This document shows positions 50,352-60,537 of a DNA stretch of 64,000 nt, piece after piece; the stretch's first letter is position 1, and each line of letters starts with the position of its first letter. This stretch comes from Candidatus Rhodoferax odensensis. Lineage in GTDB: Bacteria > Pseudomonadota > Gammaproteobacteria > Burkholderiales > Burkholderiaceae_C. Below the pieces are notes generated by a model. The model ran no database searches. It was not told the DNA's origin and saw only the letters and a list, made by a program, of their open reading frames with translations. Position numbers and translations under genes: made by a program. Location: positions 39,972 to 103,971 of the forward strand of contig JADKDJ010000035.1 in assembly GCA_016718405.1 (NCBI GenBank), in the 5' to 3' direction.

Positions 50352-51944
50352 ATGCCCCATCAATTTGACGTGCTGATTGTTGGCAGCGGCTTGGCAGGCC
50401 TCAGCGCCGCCCTGCTGCTCGGCGCCACGCAGCGTGTGGCGGTCATCACCAAGCGCGCGGTGCACGAAGGCTCCAGCGGCTGGGCGCAGGGCGGCATTGC
50501 CGCGGTCTGGAACAAGGACGACAGCTTTCAGGCCCACGTGGACGACACCCTGGTGGCCGGCGCAGGTCTGTGCGATCTGGCCGCCACCCGCTTCGTGGTG
50601 GAACAGGCGCCGCAGGCGATTGCCTGGCTGCAGCAAATGGGCGTGCCGTTCTCCGAGGAAGACGGCCACCTGCACCTGACGCGCGAAGGCGGCCACAGCG
50701 CGCGGCGCATCGTGCACGTGACCGACGCCACCGGTGCCGCCGTGCAGCGCACCCTGATCGAGCGCGTGCGCCAGACGCCCAGCATCACCCTGTTCGAGAA
50801 CCACACCCTGGTGGACCTGATCACCAGCGACAAGCTGGCCGCGCACAGCGCGCCCGGCAGCGCCACCGTGGGCGCCAACCGCTGCCTGGGCCTGTATGCG
50901 CTGGACGAGGCAACTGACGAGGTGCTCACCTTCCAGGCGCCCAACACCATCCTGGCCACCGGCGGCGCGGGCAAGGTCTACCTGTACACCACCAACCCCG
51001 ACACCGCCACCGGCGACGGCATTGCCGCCGCCTGGCGCGCCGGCTGCCGGGTCGAGAACATGGAGTTCATCCAGTTCCACCCGACCTGCCTGTACCACCC
51101 GCACGCCAAGTCCTTTTTGATCAGCGAAGCGGTGCGCGGCGAGGGTGGCCGTTTGCTGCTGCCCGATGGCACGCGTTTCATGCCGCAGCACGATGCACGC
51201 GCCGAGCTGGCACCGCGCGATGTCGTGGCGCGTGCGATCGACTTCGAGATGAAGAAGGGCGGCCTCGATTGCGTCTACCTGGACATTTCGCACCAGCCGC
51301 TGGCCTTTCTGCAGGAGCACTTTCCCAACATTTATGCGCGCTGCCTGGAGCTGGGCATCGACATCAGCAAACAACCCATTCCCGTGGTGCCCGCGGCACA
51401 CTACACCTGCGGCGGCGTGCTGGTCGATCTGGCCGGGCGCACCGACGTGGCCGGCCTGTACGCGATTGGCGAGACCGCCTGCAGCGGCCTGCACGGCGCC
51501 AACCGGCTGGCCAGCAACTCGCTGGTGGAATGCATGGTGTTTGCGCGCGCCGCCAGCCAGGCCATCACCGAGTCGGCGCGCCCACCGGCGGTGCCGCTGC
51601 CAAATTGGGACGACAGCCGCGTCACCGACTCGGATGAATGCGTGGTGATCTCACACAACTGGGACGAGCTGCGCCGCTTCATGTGGGACTATGTGGGCAT
51701 TGTGCGCACCAACAAACGCCTGGAGCGCGCGGCGCACCGCATTGCGCTGCTGCAAGGCGAGATTCAGGAGTTCTATGCGCACTTTCACGTCACGCGCGAC
51801 TTGCTGGAACTGCGCAACCTGGTGCAGGTGGCCGACCTGATCGTGCGCAGCGCACAGGCACGCCACGAGAGCCGTGGCCTGCACTTCAGCCGCGACTACC
51901 CGCAGCTGGAAGACTCGGTGCACCCGACCATTCTCACACCCTGA
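50352..51944 (+). CDS. nadB: L-aspartate oxidase
   Basis: 530-aa ORF. It has the FAD-binding N-terminus [12 protein letters not shown], and the sequences HPTCLYHP and [21 protein letters not shown]. Confidence 0.93.
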   Translation: MPHQFDVLIVGSGLAGLSAALLLGATQRVAVITKRAVHEGSSGWAQGGIAAVWNKDDSFQAHVDDTLVAGAGLCDLAATRFVVEQAPQAIAWLQQMGVPFSEEDGHLHLTREGGHSARRIVHVTDATGAAVQRTLIERVRQTPSITLFENHTLVDLITSDKLAAHSAPGSATVGANRCLGLYALDEATDEVLTFQAPNTILATGGAGKVYLYTTNPDTATGDGIAAAWRAGCRVENMEFIQFHPTCLYHPHAKSFLISEAVRGEGGRLLLPDGTRFMPQHDARAELAPRDVVARAIDFEMKKGGLDCVYLDISHQPLAFLQEHFPNIYARCLELGIDISKQPIPVVPAAHYTCGGVLVDLAGRTDVAGLYAIGETACSGLHGANRLASNSLVECMVFARAASQAITESARPPAVPLPNWDDSRVTDSDECVVISHNWDELRRFMWDYVGIVRTNKRLERAAHRIALLQGEIQEFYAHFHVTRDLLELRNLVQVADLIVRSAQARHESRGLHFSRDYPQLEDSVHPTILTP

Positions 51945-53818
51945 TTCAGCGGGCCGGGCTGCCACTGCGCGCCCAGCCAGCCGCGCAGGCTGTTGAAGAA
52001 GGCGATCGCCTGGGCTTGGTGCAGGTCCGTGAGCGTCAGCACCGCCTCGGCAATCTCGCCGCGCGCCAGCAGTTCCGCCCGGTAGGTGCCGGCCAACAAA
52101 CCACAATGAAGCGCCGGCGTGAGCCAGCGGCCGCCCAGCTTGAGCGCGACGTTGCCGCGGGTGAACTCGGTCAATTCGCCCCGCTCGTTGACCAACAGCG
52201 TATCGAACACGCCCGACGCCGCCACCAAACGCGTGTCGTAGTGCTGGCGCCGAGTGGTTTTGTGCACCACGAACTCTTGCGCCAGCCCGGAGCTCTCCAA
52301 AGGGCAATCGCTGAGATTGAAGAGCACCGGTTCCGGCGTCGGCATCAAGTCGGCCACCCGCGCCGCTGACTGCCCCGCCGCCGAACAGGTCAAGCGCACC
52401 CGGTAGACACCCCGCGCGCGGCCCGGCACCACGGCCTGCAAGGCGGCAAAGACTTCGTGCGGCTGCCAGTCAAAACCGAAGTAGGCGGCGCTGCCAGCCA
52501 TCCGCGCCAGGTGCCGATCCAGCAGCCAGTAAACCCCGTCCTCCAGGCGCAACGTTTCCAGCAGATCAAAGTCGGACCCAGCGCGCTGCAGGACGCGGGT
52601 CTTGGCCGCCAACTCGCGCCACTCGGCGGCTGGCTCGGCATAAAAGGTAATGGCACTGCCCACGCCATAGCGCGCGCGCCAGCGCGGCGCGGCCAAGCGT
52701 TTGATGGCGACCCTGTCTCGCTCCAGGGCAACGGTGCGAATCGGCACATTGAAAGTGGCCGCACCGCCGGGTCGCACCAACCCCACGGCGCCACAGTAGA
52801 CACCGCGCGGCTCGGGTTCCAGTTCACGAATCCAGTGCATGGCGCGGGCTTTGGGCGCCCCGGTGACCGAGCCACACGGAAACAGCGCCGCAAACAACTC
52901 GGGCAAACCCACGCCGGGCCGGGTGCGCGCTGTGACGGTGGAGGTCATCTGCCACACGGTGGGCAGCGCCTGCACCTCGAACAAGCCCGACACCTGCACA
53001 CTGCCGGGCAGCGCAATGCGGCCCATGTCGTTGCGCAACAGGTCCACGATCATCACATTCTCGGCCTGTTCCTTGGCGCTGCCGCGCAGGTCGGCACAGG
53101 CCTGGGCGTCCAGCGAGGCATCCGCATGGCGTGGCGCGGTGCCCTTCATGGGCTGGCAGGTCAGCCGCCCCTCACTGCCATCCGGGCGCCAGTCGAAGAA
53201 CAACTCCGGCGAGAGGCTCAGCACCTGCTGATCGCCCCAATCCAGCCAGGCCTGGTAGCCACCCGGCTGGGCCGCGCGCAGGCGCTCGAACCAGGCGGCG
53301 ATGTCGCGCACCTCGGCCAGCGGCCAGTCTGCCTGCAGCGCCTCGGTCAGGTTGACCTGGTAACACTCGCCCTCCAGCATGGCCTGGCGCGCGCGCTCCA
53401 CGCTGTCGGCATAGTCTGCGTAAGACCGGCCAAGCTGCCACTCTCCAATGGCTGGTCGCGGCGCAGCTGGGCTGGCGACAGCGCACGCGGGTGGCGGCGG
53501 TTGAGACGGTTGTTGCGGCCACGGCCCAGCATCCATGCGCTCAAACACGGCAAAACGAGCCAGCGGCCAAGCGGGGCGCGGTCTTTGGGTAACGAGTGCC
53601 GGATCAAATGCGCCCGCCGCCTCGTACGCCAACTCACCCACGCACCAGCGTCCGGCCTGCGCATGCGCCTGCACCTGGCGCAGCAAAGCACGCACCTCGT
53701 CGTGCTGCCAGGCCGTCAGGACCTGCAGCGGGTTCTGAAATCGAGCTTGCCAGCGTGGGGCGCCTGGGCTGGCGGGATCGGGGGGGGCGCAGGCGGGGAA
53801 ATCGATGAAGGCGCGCAA
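51896..53818 (-). CDS. pabB: bifunctional aminodeoxychorismate synthase component I / class IV aminotransferase (ADC lyase-like)
   Basis: ORF 51896..53920. The chorismate-binding core has [15 protein letters not shown] and [10 protein letters not shown] PabC-like C-terminal domain follows. The start is tentatively TTG 53818 (MRAFIDFP). The 3' end overlaps convergent nadB by 49 nt. Confidence 0.85.
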   Translation of the reverse strand: MRAFIDFPACAPPDPASPGAPRWQARFQNPLQVLTAWQHDEVRALLRQVQAHAQAGRWCVGELAYEAAGAFDPALVTQRPRPAWPLARFAVFERMDAGPWPQQPSQPPPPACAVASPAAPRPAIGEWQLGRSYADYADSVERARQAMLEGECYQVNLTEALQADWPLAEVRDIAAWFERLRAAQPGGYQAWLDWGDQQVLSLSPELFFDWRPDGSEGRLTCQPMKGTAPRHADASLDAQACADLRGSAKEQAENVMIVDLLRNDMGRIALPGSVQVSGLFEVQALPTVWQMTSTVTARTRPGVGLPELFAALFPCGSVTGAPKARAMHWIRELEPEPRGVYCGAVGLVRPGGAATFNVPIRTVALERDRVAIKRLAAPRWRARYGVGSAITFYAEPAAEWRELAAKTRVLQRAGSDFDLLETLRLEDGVYWLLDRHLARMAGSAAYFGFDWQPHEVFAALQAVVPGRARGVYRVRLTCSAAGQSAARVADLMPTPEPVLFNLSDCPLESSGLAQEFVVHKTTRRQHYDTRLVAASGVFDTLLVNERGELTEFTRGNVALKLGGRWLTPALHCGLLAGTYRAELLARGEIAEAVLTLTDLHQAQAIAFFNSLRGWLGAQWQPGPLNQGVRMVGCTESSSCG

Positions 53819-53852
53819 AACGGCGCTCCGGGCGGAATGAAACGAGCCCGCA

Positions 53853-54677
53853 TTATCCCTGGCCGGTTTGCCCGGACTGCGGCCGACCCAGCATGAGGAC
53901 GGTGGTATAGCGAACCACAATGCGCTCGTCCGTTGCCAAGGCGTCGAAGATCACGCGCACACCTGCCGCCACCCGTTGCCCAGGCGGCGACTCGCGTGTG
54001 GGCATGTACGAGCGCGAGAACACCAGGCCAAGCAAGCCGTCTTGGCTCAGCACATGTTCGTGCGGCCATTCAAACGTCTGGAGTCGACCTGCCCCGAAGA
54101 ACTGAGGAACGTTGCCACGGTCCTCGTGCGCCAGCAAGGCCGCCCGCTTCTCGCCACCGTACTCGGCGAAAACATCGTCCAGCGCCACGTGCAAGGGATC
54201 ACCCAACAAGCGGTCATTCCAGATCAGCGCCACCTGCCCGGCCGCGCGCAGGACACGCAGGCACTCCGCGCGGGCGCGCTCAACGTCGAACCAATGGAAG
54301 GCCTGGGCCGCGGTGATCAAGTCCACCGAGCCGTCCTGCAGCGGCATGGCCTCGGCGCTTCCCTCCACGCTGCGGTAACTCGGCTGGGATTGCAGGTCGT
54401 GGTCGCAAGCACCGCGCATGGCCGCATTGGGCTCCACCGCGATCACGCTGGCGCCGGTCTGCAACAGGCTGCGCGTCAGCAAGCCGGTACCGGCACCGAC
54501 ATCGGCCACGGTAGTCTCGGCACTCAGACCACATTCAGTCCTTAGCAGTTCAATCATGGCCCTCGGATAGTCCGGTCGCGAGGCCATGTAGTCCGCCACC
54601 TTGGGGCCAAAGATCTGGCCCACGCCACCAGTCGGTTCGTAAAGGTCGCGCAACGTTTTTGCTGACGGTAAGTTCAT
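53853..54677 (-). CDS. class I SAM-dependent methyltransferase
   Basis: 274-aa ORF. It has the SAM motif VADVGAGTGLLT and a later DLITAAQAFHWF. Confidence 0.85.
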   Translation of the reverse strand: MNLPSAKTLRDLYEPTGGVGQIFGPKVADYMASRPDYPRAMIELLRTECGLSAETTVADVGAGTGLLTRSLLQTGASVIAVEPNAAMRGACDHDLQSQPSYRSVEGSAEAMPLQDGSVDLITAAQAFHWFDVERARAECLRVLRAAGQVALIWNDRLLGDPLHVALDDVFAEYGGEKRAALLAHEDRGNVPQFFGAGRLQTFEWPHEHVLSQDGLLGLVFSRSYMPTRESPPGQRVAAGVRVIFDALATDERIVVRYTTVLMLGRPQSGQTGQG

Positions 54678-54742
54678 GAATGGTCTGCCGGGTTGGTGGT
54701 GCGCTGGCGCGGTCTGGTCACGGCACTGCGGCGCGCTTGTGA

Positions 54743-55150
54743 TCAGGACTCGCTTGCTTTCCTGGGCAACGCGTCGCCAAGGTCAACCCACGGCACGTGG
54801 GTGTCAAAGTACACATGCGCCTGGGGCTCTCGATCCAGCGCGTCCAAAAACAAGGCCCGCGCAATGTGGAGCTCGCCCGCCCAGCGCTCGGCCTTGAAGA
54901 ACATCGGGCTGCCGCAGACACCACAGAAACCGCGCGAGCCGCCCTCCTTGGCAACAAACCAACGCAGCGCCGACTGCGCATCCTGCACCGCCACCGCCGA
55001 CTCGGTGAACCCTGCCCAGGTGACAAACGGCGCCCCATGCGCCCGCTGGCAGCGTGTGCAGTGGCAATGGGCCACCCACTTCGAGGGCAGTTGGGCGGTG
55101 AATTGAACGGCGCCGCAGAGGCAACTGCCTTGGGAGGAGTGGTGGTTCAA
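54743..55150 (-). CDS. GFA (glutathione-dependent formaldehyde-activating/CENP-V) family protein
   Basis: It has the zinc-binding Cys pattern CLCGAV, HCHCTRCQ and FCGVCGSP. Confidence 0.85.
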   Translation of the reverse strand: MNHHSSQGSCLCGAVQFTAQLPSKWVAHCHCTRCQRAHGAPFVTWAGFTESAVAVQDAQSALRWFVAKEGGSRGFCGVCGSPMFFKAERWAGELHIARALFLDALDREPQAHVYFDTHVPWVDLGDALPRKASES

Positions 55151-55171
55151 GTTAGTCTCCTGTCTTGGCCA

Positions 55172-55543
55172 TCAATGACTCAGCGCATGGGCCAAACCAA
55201 GCCGGGTGGCTGCGGCCTGGAGGCGTTTGTCCATGGTCCACACCTGTGTGCCGGCGGTAAGCCGTGCCGCCGCGAGCAGATGCGCATCGACATAACCGAC
55301 ACCCACACCATACAGCGCTTGAGTGCTGATAAAGCTCAATACCTCGGCGTCAGTGGCCATGGTCACGACGGGCAGGTTTTGCAGGGCCTCCAACACAACG
55401 GCGCGCTGCTTGAGGCTGCCCAGCGCAAGCTCACCCACCACGAAAGGGTGCGACAACACCTGCCCATGATTGAGCCAGCGCACCAAGTCTTTGTTCCCTC
55501 GCTGCAGGTGATCGACCCAAACCGAGGTGTCGACCAAAATCAT
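55172..55543 (-). CDS. vapC: PIN-domain toxin VapC
   Basis: The N-terminus MILVDTSVWVDH and acidic residues at PIN positions fit VapC. An ATGA overlap joins it to the upstream antitoxin ORF. Confidence 0.88.
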   Translation of the reverse strand: MILVDTSVWVDHLQRGNKDLVRWLNHGQVLSHPFVVGELALGSLKQRAVVLEALQNLPVVTMATDAEVLSFISTQALYGVGVGYVDAHLLAAARLTAGTQVWTMDKRLQAAATRLGLAHALSH

Positions 55544-55728
55544 GTTTGAGCTCTGCGCCGAGGCGTGACTTCAAGGTCAGGCTCGGTGCCACCCAGCAAA
55601 GCCAGGCGTCGAGCGCTTTCACGCTCGATCAGCGCTAGCTTCGCGCACCAGGGCGGACTTCTTTCAGGCCGGTGATGAGTTGGGCTTTGGGCCAACAGTT
55701 GATCATCAAGGGCAAGCGTCGTTCGCAT
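55540..55728 (-). CDS. vapB: VapB (DUF2191-type) antitoxin, possibly degenerate in its central third
   Basis: It has the N-terminus MRTTLALDDQLLAQ and the C-terminus ALIERESARRLALLGGTEPDL. The central SPTHHRPERSPPWCAKL looks out of frame (see findings). Confidence 0.6.
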   Translation of the reverse strand: MRTTLALDDQLLAQSPTHHRPERSPPWCAKLALIERESARRLALLGGTEPDLEVTPRRRAQT

Positions 55729-55965
55729 CAGGAGCCTCCAGTCTTCGCGGTCAAGTAGGCATCGATACTAGCATCACTCAATGCCGTCTTTGATGCCAGC
55801 GAACAATACCCGAGCGGGTCGAATACGCGCTCCGCAGCCGCGTTGGACGATCACAGCAGGACGAGGCGGAATAAATCCATGCGTGTCGGGGCTGACGACA
55901 ATCGAGATGTTGTGAAAAAGGAAACAAGTGTAATATGCCACTGTCATATCAATCGGGAGCCAGTC

Positions 55966-56217
55966 ATGTCCGTCACCGCAAAACTATTCATGAGTGGGCG
56001 CAGCCAAGCCATTCGCTTGCCAGCCAAGCTGCGCATTGATGCCAAGGAAGTCCGCATCGAGCAAGTCGGCAACGCGCTATGGATTCAACCCGACACGTCG
56101 CCGCAACACGACCTCGCCGGCTGGCTCAAGACCTTCTACGCCACCAGCGATCCACTTCCCGACACCTACCTGGCTGATCGCCACGACGCGCCGCCCCAAA
56201 TTCGTGACTGGACCTGA
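55966..56217 (+). CDS. vapB: AbrB/SpoVT-type antitoxin VapB
   Basis: ATG 55966 follows GGGAG, within ORF 55843..56217. The sequence MSVTAKLFMSGRSQAIRLPAKLRIDAKEVRIEQVGNALWIQP matches this antitoxin type. An ATATG-N7-CATAT inverted repeat lies at 55933..55949 upstream. Confidence 0.85.
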   Translation: MSVTAKLFMSGRSQAIRLPAKLRIDAKEVRIEQVGNALWIQPDTSPQHDLAGWLKTFYATSDPLPDTYLADRHDAPPQIRDWT

Positions 56218-56225
56218 GCATCAGC

Positions 56226-56624
56226 ATGCGCCGCACCCTCGATACCAACATCTGCAGCTACATCTTGCGGCGCCACCCGCCCGCAATGATCGAGCGCTTC
56301 ACCGAGTTGAACCCCAGCCAGGTCTGGTTGTCCGCCATCGTGGCCGCCGAGTTGCGTTTCGGCGCCGCCAAGCTGGCATCGCCGCGGTTTTCCGCTGCGG
56401 TGGAAGCCTGGTTGGCTGGCTTTGAAGTGCGCCCCTGGCCGCTGGATGCGACGCAACACCACGCCAAAGTTCGGGCCAAGCTGGAGCGTGCCGGCAAGAC
56501 CATCGGCGGCATGGACTTGCTCATTGCCGCACACGCCATGGCGGAAGACTCGACAGTGGTCACCAACAATGCCCGCGAGTTTCTGCGCGTGCCCGGCTTG
56601 GCAGTGGAAGAGTGGGCACTGTGA
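56226..56624 (+). CDS. vapC: PIN-domain toxin VapC
   Basis: It has the N-terminus MRRTLDTNICSYILR, and the sequences MDLLIAAHAMAEDSTVVTNNAREF. Confidence 0.88.
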   Translation: MRRTLDTNICSYILRRHPPAMIERFTELNPSQVWLSAIVAAELRFGAAKLASPRFSAAVEAWLAGFEVRPWPLDATQHHAKVRAKLERAGKTIGGMDLLIAAHAMAEDSTVVTNNAREFLRVPGLAVEEWAL

Positions 56625-56967
56625 CGGCACCTGCGATGAAGCCAACGACGCGCCCAAGCGAGCCCATGGGTCTTTTCGCGGCATCCCCAGCAACTTGACC
56701 AACAGCGAAATTGCGCGTGAGCCTGATCGGCTGTAGCGGCGCATCCGACTTAACCAGCGACGGCGCGTCGATGGATGCTCTCGCGACGCGGCGCACGATT
56801 TGCATTGCGAACAGCACGATCAACAGGGAGCTGCGGCCTTGAAAACCCGAGCGGTATGGCACGACGATACTCTTCGCCGCAGGGCACGGAACTCCCCCAC
56901 CTCAGGTCTGCTAAGGGCCGACACTTTATGACAACAGCGACCACTCTGCTTGCACATAAAGCCCAAC

Positions 56968-57829
56968 ATGCTTCTTCGAAACAACTCGTTCAAACGGACG
57001 ATGCAAATCGTTCTGATCACATCGGCGCTGACGACCTCAACCCTTTTGATAGCGACCAACACCCAGGCGTAGCCCATGCAAACCGATCGCTGGGCACTCA
57101 AGCTGCGCAAGTGGTATCTGGACGGCGTCACGCCGGCGGGTGATGTGTGTATTGGTTACCAGGCGCAACTTCAAGCGGGTCCGCTGGCCACCGGTTACCG
57201 GGGCCTGTTGCTGCGCAGTGCACAGGGCGTGGTCGAAGACCACTCTGGCGGGCAGCGCCGGCCAGGCGTCGCGGCCCGGCACTGGTCGGAATGGTGATGA
57301 CGCATGGCAACCACTGGCCTGGCATGGCATCCCTGTGGGACGGCCCGGGGCGCATTCACTGGAACTGCGTGGCCCCCCCCGGCACGGCAGTCGGTTTGCG
57401 CTGGCGCTGCGGTGGATTGGGCCATGGTGGGTTATCTGGAGTGCATGGAACTGAGCCTGTCCACGCTACGGCTGCCTTTTCGTAGCCTGCGTTGGGGCCG
57501 CGCTATCCTGGCCGGCCATTCGCTGGTGTGGATCGATTGGGATGGGGGCCAAACCCTGAGCCGCGTTTGGCTCGACGGTGTTTTGGTGGACGCGCGTTTG
57601 GAAGGCCCAGGGCCGCAACGCATTGTGGCTGCCAACTGGACCCTCGAACTGCAAGAGCATGCCGTGTTGCGTGACCGCGAGTTGGGCATGGCACTGCCGG
57701 ACACGATCCGGCGCCAAGCCGGGGCCTTGGCCAATTCACATGAAGTGAAGTGGCTGGGGCACGCCAGCCTGCACGGCTTGGCTGCAGATCAGCCCACAGG
57801 ATGGGCCATTTTGAACGGGTGGAGTGGAA
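56968..57829 (+). pseudogene. secreted CrtC/AttH-like (hydratase/lipocalin fold) gene, disrupted
   Basis: A signal-peptide mini-ORF (MLLRNNSFKRTMQIVLITSALTTSTLLIATNTQA) ends at an in-frame TAG (57070..57072). The same frame continues MQTDRWALKLRKWYLDGVTPAGDVCIGY... to TGATGA at 57292..57297. Family-like sequence then appears in another frame (IHWNCVAPPGTAVGLRWRCGGLGHG) and returns to the first frame (GYLECMELSLSTLRLPF...). The family assignment is tentative. Confidence 0.45.
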
Positions 57830-59730
57830 ATGAAGAAGAAGACGATGCAGGCGCTGGCCTATGGCGTGTTGTGGGCGCTAGTGGCGCCGCTGCTGCTGTG
57901 GTGGTGGTGCCACCAGATCCCTATGGCCTTGCCAGCCTTGCACCTGCCGCTGGTGGGTGGCTTGTTGTTGGCGGCGGGCTTGACCATCTGGTTGGCCGGC
58001 GTTTCGCGCTTACGTTCTGAAGGCGGTGGTTTGCCGATGAACGCGTTTCCGCCACCGCGTCTTGCGGTTGGTGGCATCTACGGTCTGGTGCCGCATCCCA
58101 TCTACACCGGGTTTACCTTAGGCTGGAGCGGCTTCGCGTTGTGGGTGGGTGCTGCGCCTGCCCTGTGGCTGGGCACCCCGGTGCTGATAGCGGTCTGCCT
58201 GGCCTTGATATGGGGCTACGAGCGACCCGATCTGGCACGCCGCTTTGGCCCCCACAACAGCCCGCGCCCGTGGATTGGTTTCCGGCGGAGGGACACGACC
58301 TGGCGTTTTCAGAGCGCTTTGGCGCGATGCTGGCTGGCACCCTGCCCTGGCTTACCACGTATGCGTGGGTCAAGCAGATGGGCGCATATCCCGACGCGCT
58401 GGAGACCCGCATGGCCTGGGAGTGGCACATCCCCATCTTGGGCTGGACCACGCTGATCTATTCCAGCCCTTACCTGCTGGTGCCGCTTGCCTTGCTGTTG
58501 CAGCACGACCGACGCGCATGCGTAGCTTGCTGGTGCGCGCCTGGTTGTGCACCGGCGTGGCCACGCTGATCTACCTGACCCTACCGCTGACAGCAGCATT
58601 TCGGCCGCCCCAGCCAGGCCTGCTGGCACAGTGGATCGAGCTGGAACAAATGGCGGCCTGGCCAGCGGTAGCCTCGTGGCCCTCATTCCATGTGCTGTGG
58701 ACGCTGCTGGTCGCCCAAGCACTGGTCGGGCGCGCGCCGGCCTGGCTGCGTTACGGCTGGGCGGTGGCCGTGTCCGTCACCTGTTTGACCACTGGCATGC
58801 ATTCGGTGAGTGATGTGGCGGCGGCGCTGGTGTTGTGGTTGTGCTTGCGCAAGCCCGCCCAGCTCTGGAAGCGCACGCTCGCGCTCACCGAGTCATTGGC
58901 CAACGCCTGGCGCTGTTGGCGTCTGGGGCAAGTGCGCATCATCAGCCATGGCCTGTGGGCCGGTTTGGCCGGGGCTGCAGGCCTATTGGTGGTGCTGTCT
59001 GCAGCCGGGTCAGACATGGTAGCCCCCGCGCTGCTGGTCTTTGTGTGCGGGCTGCTCGGCGCCGCGTTGTGGGCGCAGGTGGTGGAAGGCTCTTCTGTCT
59101 TATCGCGGCCCTTTGGCTATTTTGCGCGCTGCTGGGCGGGCAGTGGGAGTAGGCCTGGTGGGGTGACGGCGACTGGACGCTGCTGGCAGGTGCCTTCCGG
59201 TGGCGGCGGCGCCCATGCAGGCGCTGGGGCGGCTGCGTTGCCTGGAGCAGGGCTGTTGTCATGGGCATCCGGTGGCCTGGGGCATCCGGGTGAACAACAT
59301 CCATTCACGTGTCACCGCCTTGGGCGCGCTGCGCGGCGTGCCGATTCATCCCACCCAGCTGTATTCCATTCTGGGCAACATCGTCAGCGGCATGTTGCTG
59401 GCCCGCATGTGGGCACTGGGCGTAAGCGCCACCGTGGTGGCCGGGCTGTACCTGATGTCGGCCGGGGTGCTGCGTTTTGTCGAAGAGGCCTACCGGGGCG
59501 AGCCACAGACACTGCGCACCGCCGGCCTGCCGCTGTACCAATGGCTGGCTTTGGCTTCTTTTCTGGGCGGCATGGCCGTGTGCGTGGTGCCTGCCGCGCC
59601 GGCCGCCGGATTCGCGATGCCCAGCATCGCCGGCTGGGGCTGGGCCGCATTGGTGGGCGTGGTCTGCGCCGCCGCCATGGGTGTGGACTTTCCCAAGGCG
59701 ACTTGGCGGTTCTCGCGCTTATCGGGGTGA
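57830..59730 (+). pseudogene. degraded ICMT-like methyltransferase / PAP2-like / Lgt-like (diacylglyceryl transferase fold) gene or gene fusion
   Basis: Recognisable sequence hops between frames. The ICMT-like part (GGIYGLVPHPIYTGFTLGW...GYERPDLARRFG) uses the frame of ORF 57824. The next part (FSERFGAMLAGTLPWLTTYAW...YLLVPLALLL) uses the frame of ORF 58141. The PAP2-like part (PSFHVLW...TTGMHSVSDVAAA) and the Lgt-like N-terminus (RPFGYF) use the frame of ORF 58245. The Lgt-like core (GRLRCLEQGCCHGHPVAWGIRV...IHPTQLYS) uses the frame of ORF 59200. A C5 run at 58249..58253 marks the first shift. Confidence 0.5.
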
Positions 59731-59742
59731 GTGATCGGGTCG

Positions 59743-60537
59743 TCAACCCAGCGGCGCGGCTTGCAGCCACGCCTTGAAATCAGCCGCCCGCTCCTGACTG
59801 ACGAACACCTCTTCGGCGCCGCCGGGCTCGATGGTCACCTTCAGTCGGCCCTTGCCCGCCGGGCTGTAGTGGCGCACCGCCTGCGCCGCCACCAGCAGTT
59901 GGCGGTTGATACGAAAGAAGCGACTGGGGTCAAGCTCGCCCTCCAACTCGCTCAAGGTCTGCTCGATCAGGTAGCGCACACCATCCATGGCCACCGCGTA
60001 GGTCAATTTGTCCAGTGACACCAGGTGCGAGAGCTGTGCCACCGGCACGGCATGAAACTGGGCCGATCCCTTGCGCCCCACCAGGCGCTGGCGCCACGGC
60101 CCGGCCGCCGCCGTGGAGGCGCGCGCCAGCCAGGGGCCCACGTCGCGCGCAAAACGCATCTGCAGGCGCTGCGCCTTGGCCAGCGCCTGTGCCAGGGTCT
60201 CGTCCGCAATGGGCTTGAGCAAGTAGTCCACCGTCAGCGCCGCAAACGCATCCAGCGCAAAGCGGTCGTAGGCGGTGGTGAAGATCACCGGCACCTGCAG
60301 CATGGCTGGTGGTGGCTCGCCACGAAACAACTCCAGCGATAAACCGTCCGCCAACTGGATGTCCAGCAGCAGGATGTCTGGTGCGACGTTCGAGGCCAAC
60401 CAGTCGGCCGTGCCGCGCACGCTGTCGGTGCAGGCCACCACGCGGGCCTGCGGCGCAACTCGCGCCAAGGCCTCGATCAGGCGCTGGCGCGCGGGCGGCT
60501 CGTCTTCGGCAATAAAGATCCGCAGCGCCTGCGTCAT
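59743..60537 (-). CDS. LytTR-family response regulator
   Basis: It has a REC domain (IFIAEDEPPARQRL...LLLDIQLADG) and a LytTR C-terminal domain. An ATGA overlap joins it to the kinase stop. Confidence 0.9.
   Translation of the reverse strand: MTQALRIFIAEDEPPARQRLIEALARVAPQARVVACTDSVRGTADWLASNVAPDILLLDIQLADGLSLELFRGEPPPAMLQVPVIFTTAYDRFALDAFAALTVDYLLKPIADETLAQALAKAQRLQMRFARDVGPWLARASTAAAGPWRQRLVGRKGSAQFHAVPVAQLSHLVSLDKLTYAVAMDGVRYLIEQTLSELEGELDPSRFFRINRQLLVAAQAVRHYSPAGKGRLKVTIEPGGAEEVFVSQERAADFKAWLQAAPLG

Noticed and set aside
51896-51944. 49-nt convergent overlap of the nadB and pabBC 3' ends as something unusual.
   Set aside because: It is probably just a late stop codon in the GC-rich tail of pabBC. 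There is no conserved feature in the overlap.
56630-56967. Possible relic of an MscS-like N-terminus on the minus strand (SLLIVLFAMQIVRRVARAS...).
   Set aside because: The similarity is too short and vague, and there is no second motif.
58245-59777. 510-aa ORF treated as one intact gene.
   Set aside because: Only its middle (about 58527-59110) looks like real protein (PAP2-like and the Lgt-like N-terminus). The first and last thirds are off-frame Arg/Gly-rich sequence, while family-like sequence sits in other frames.
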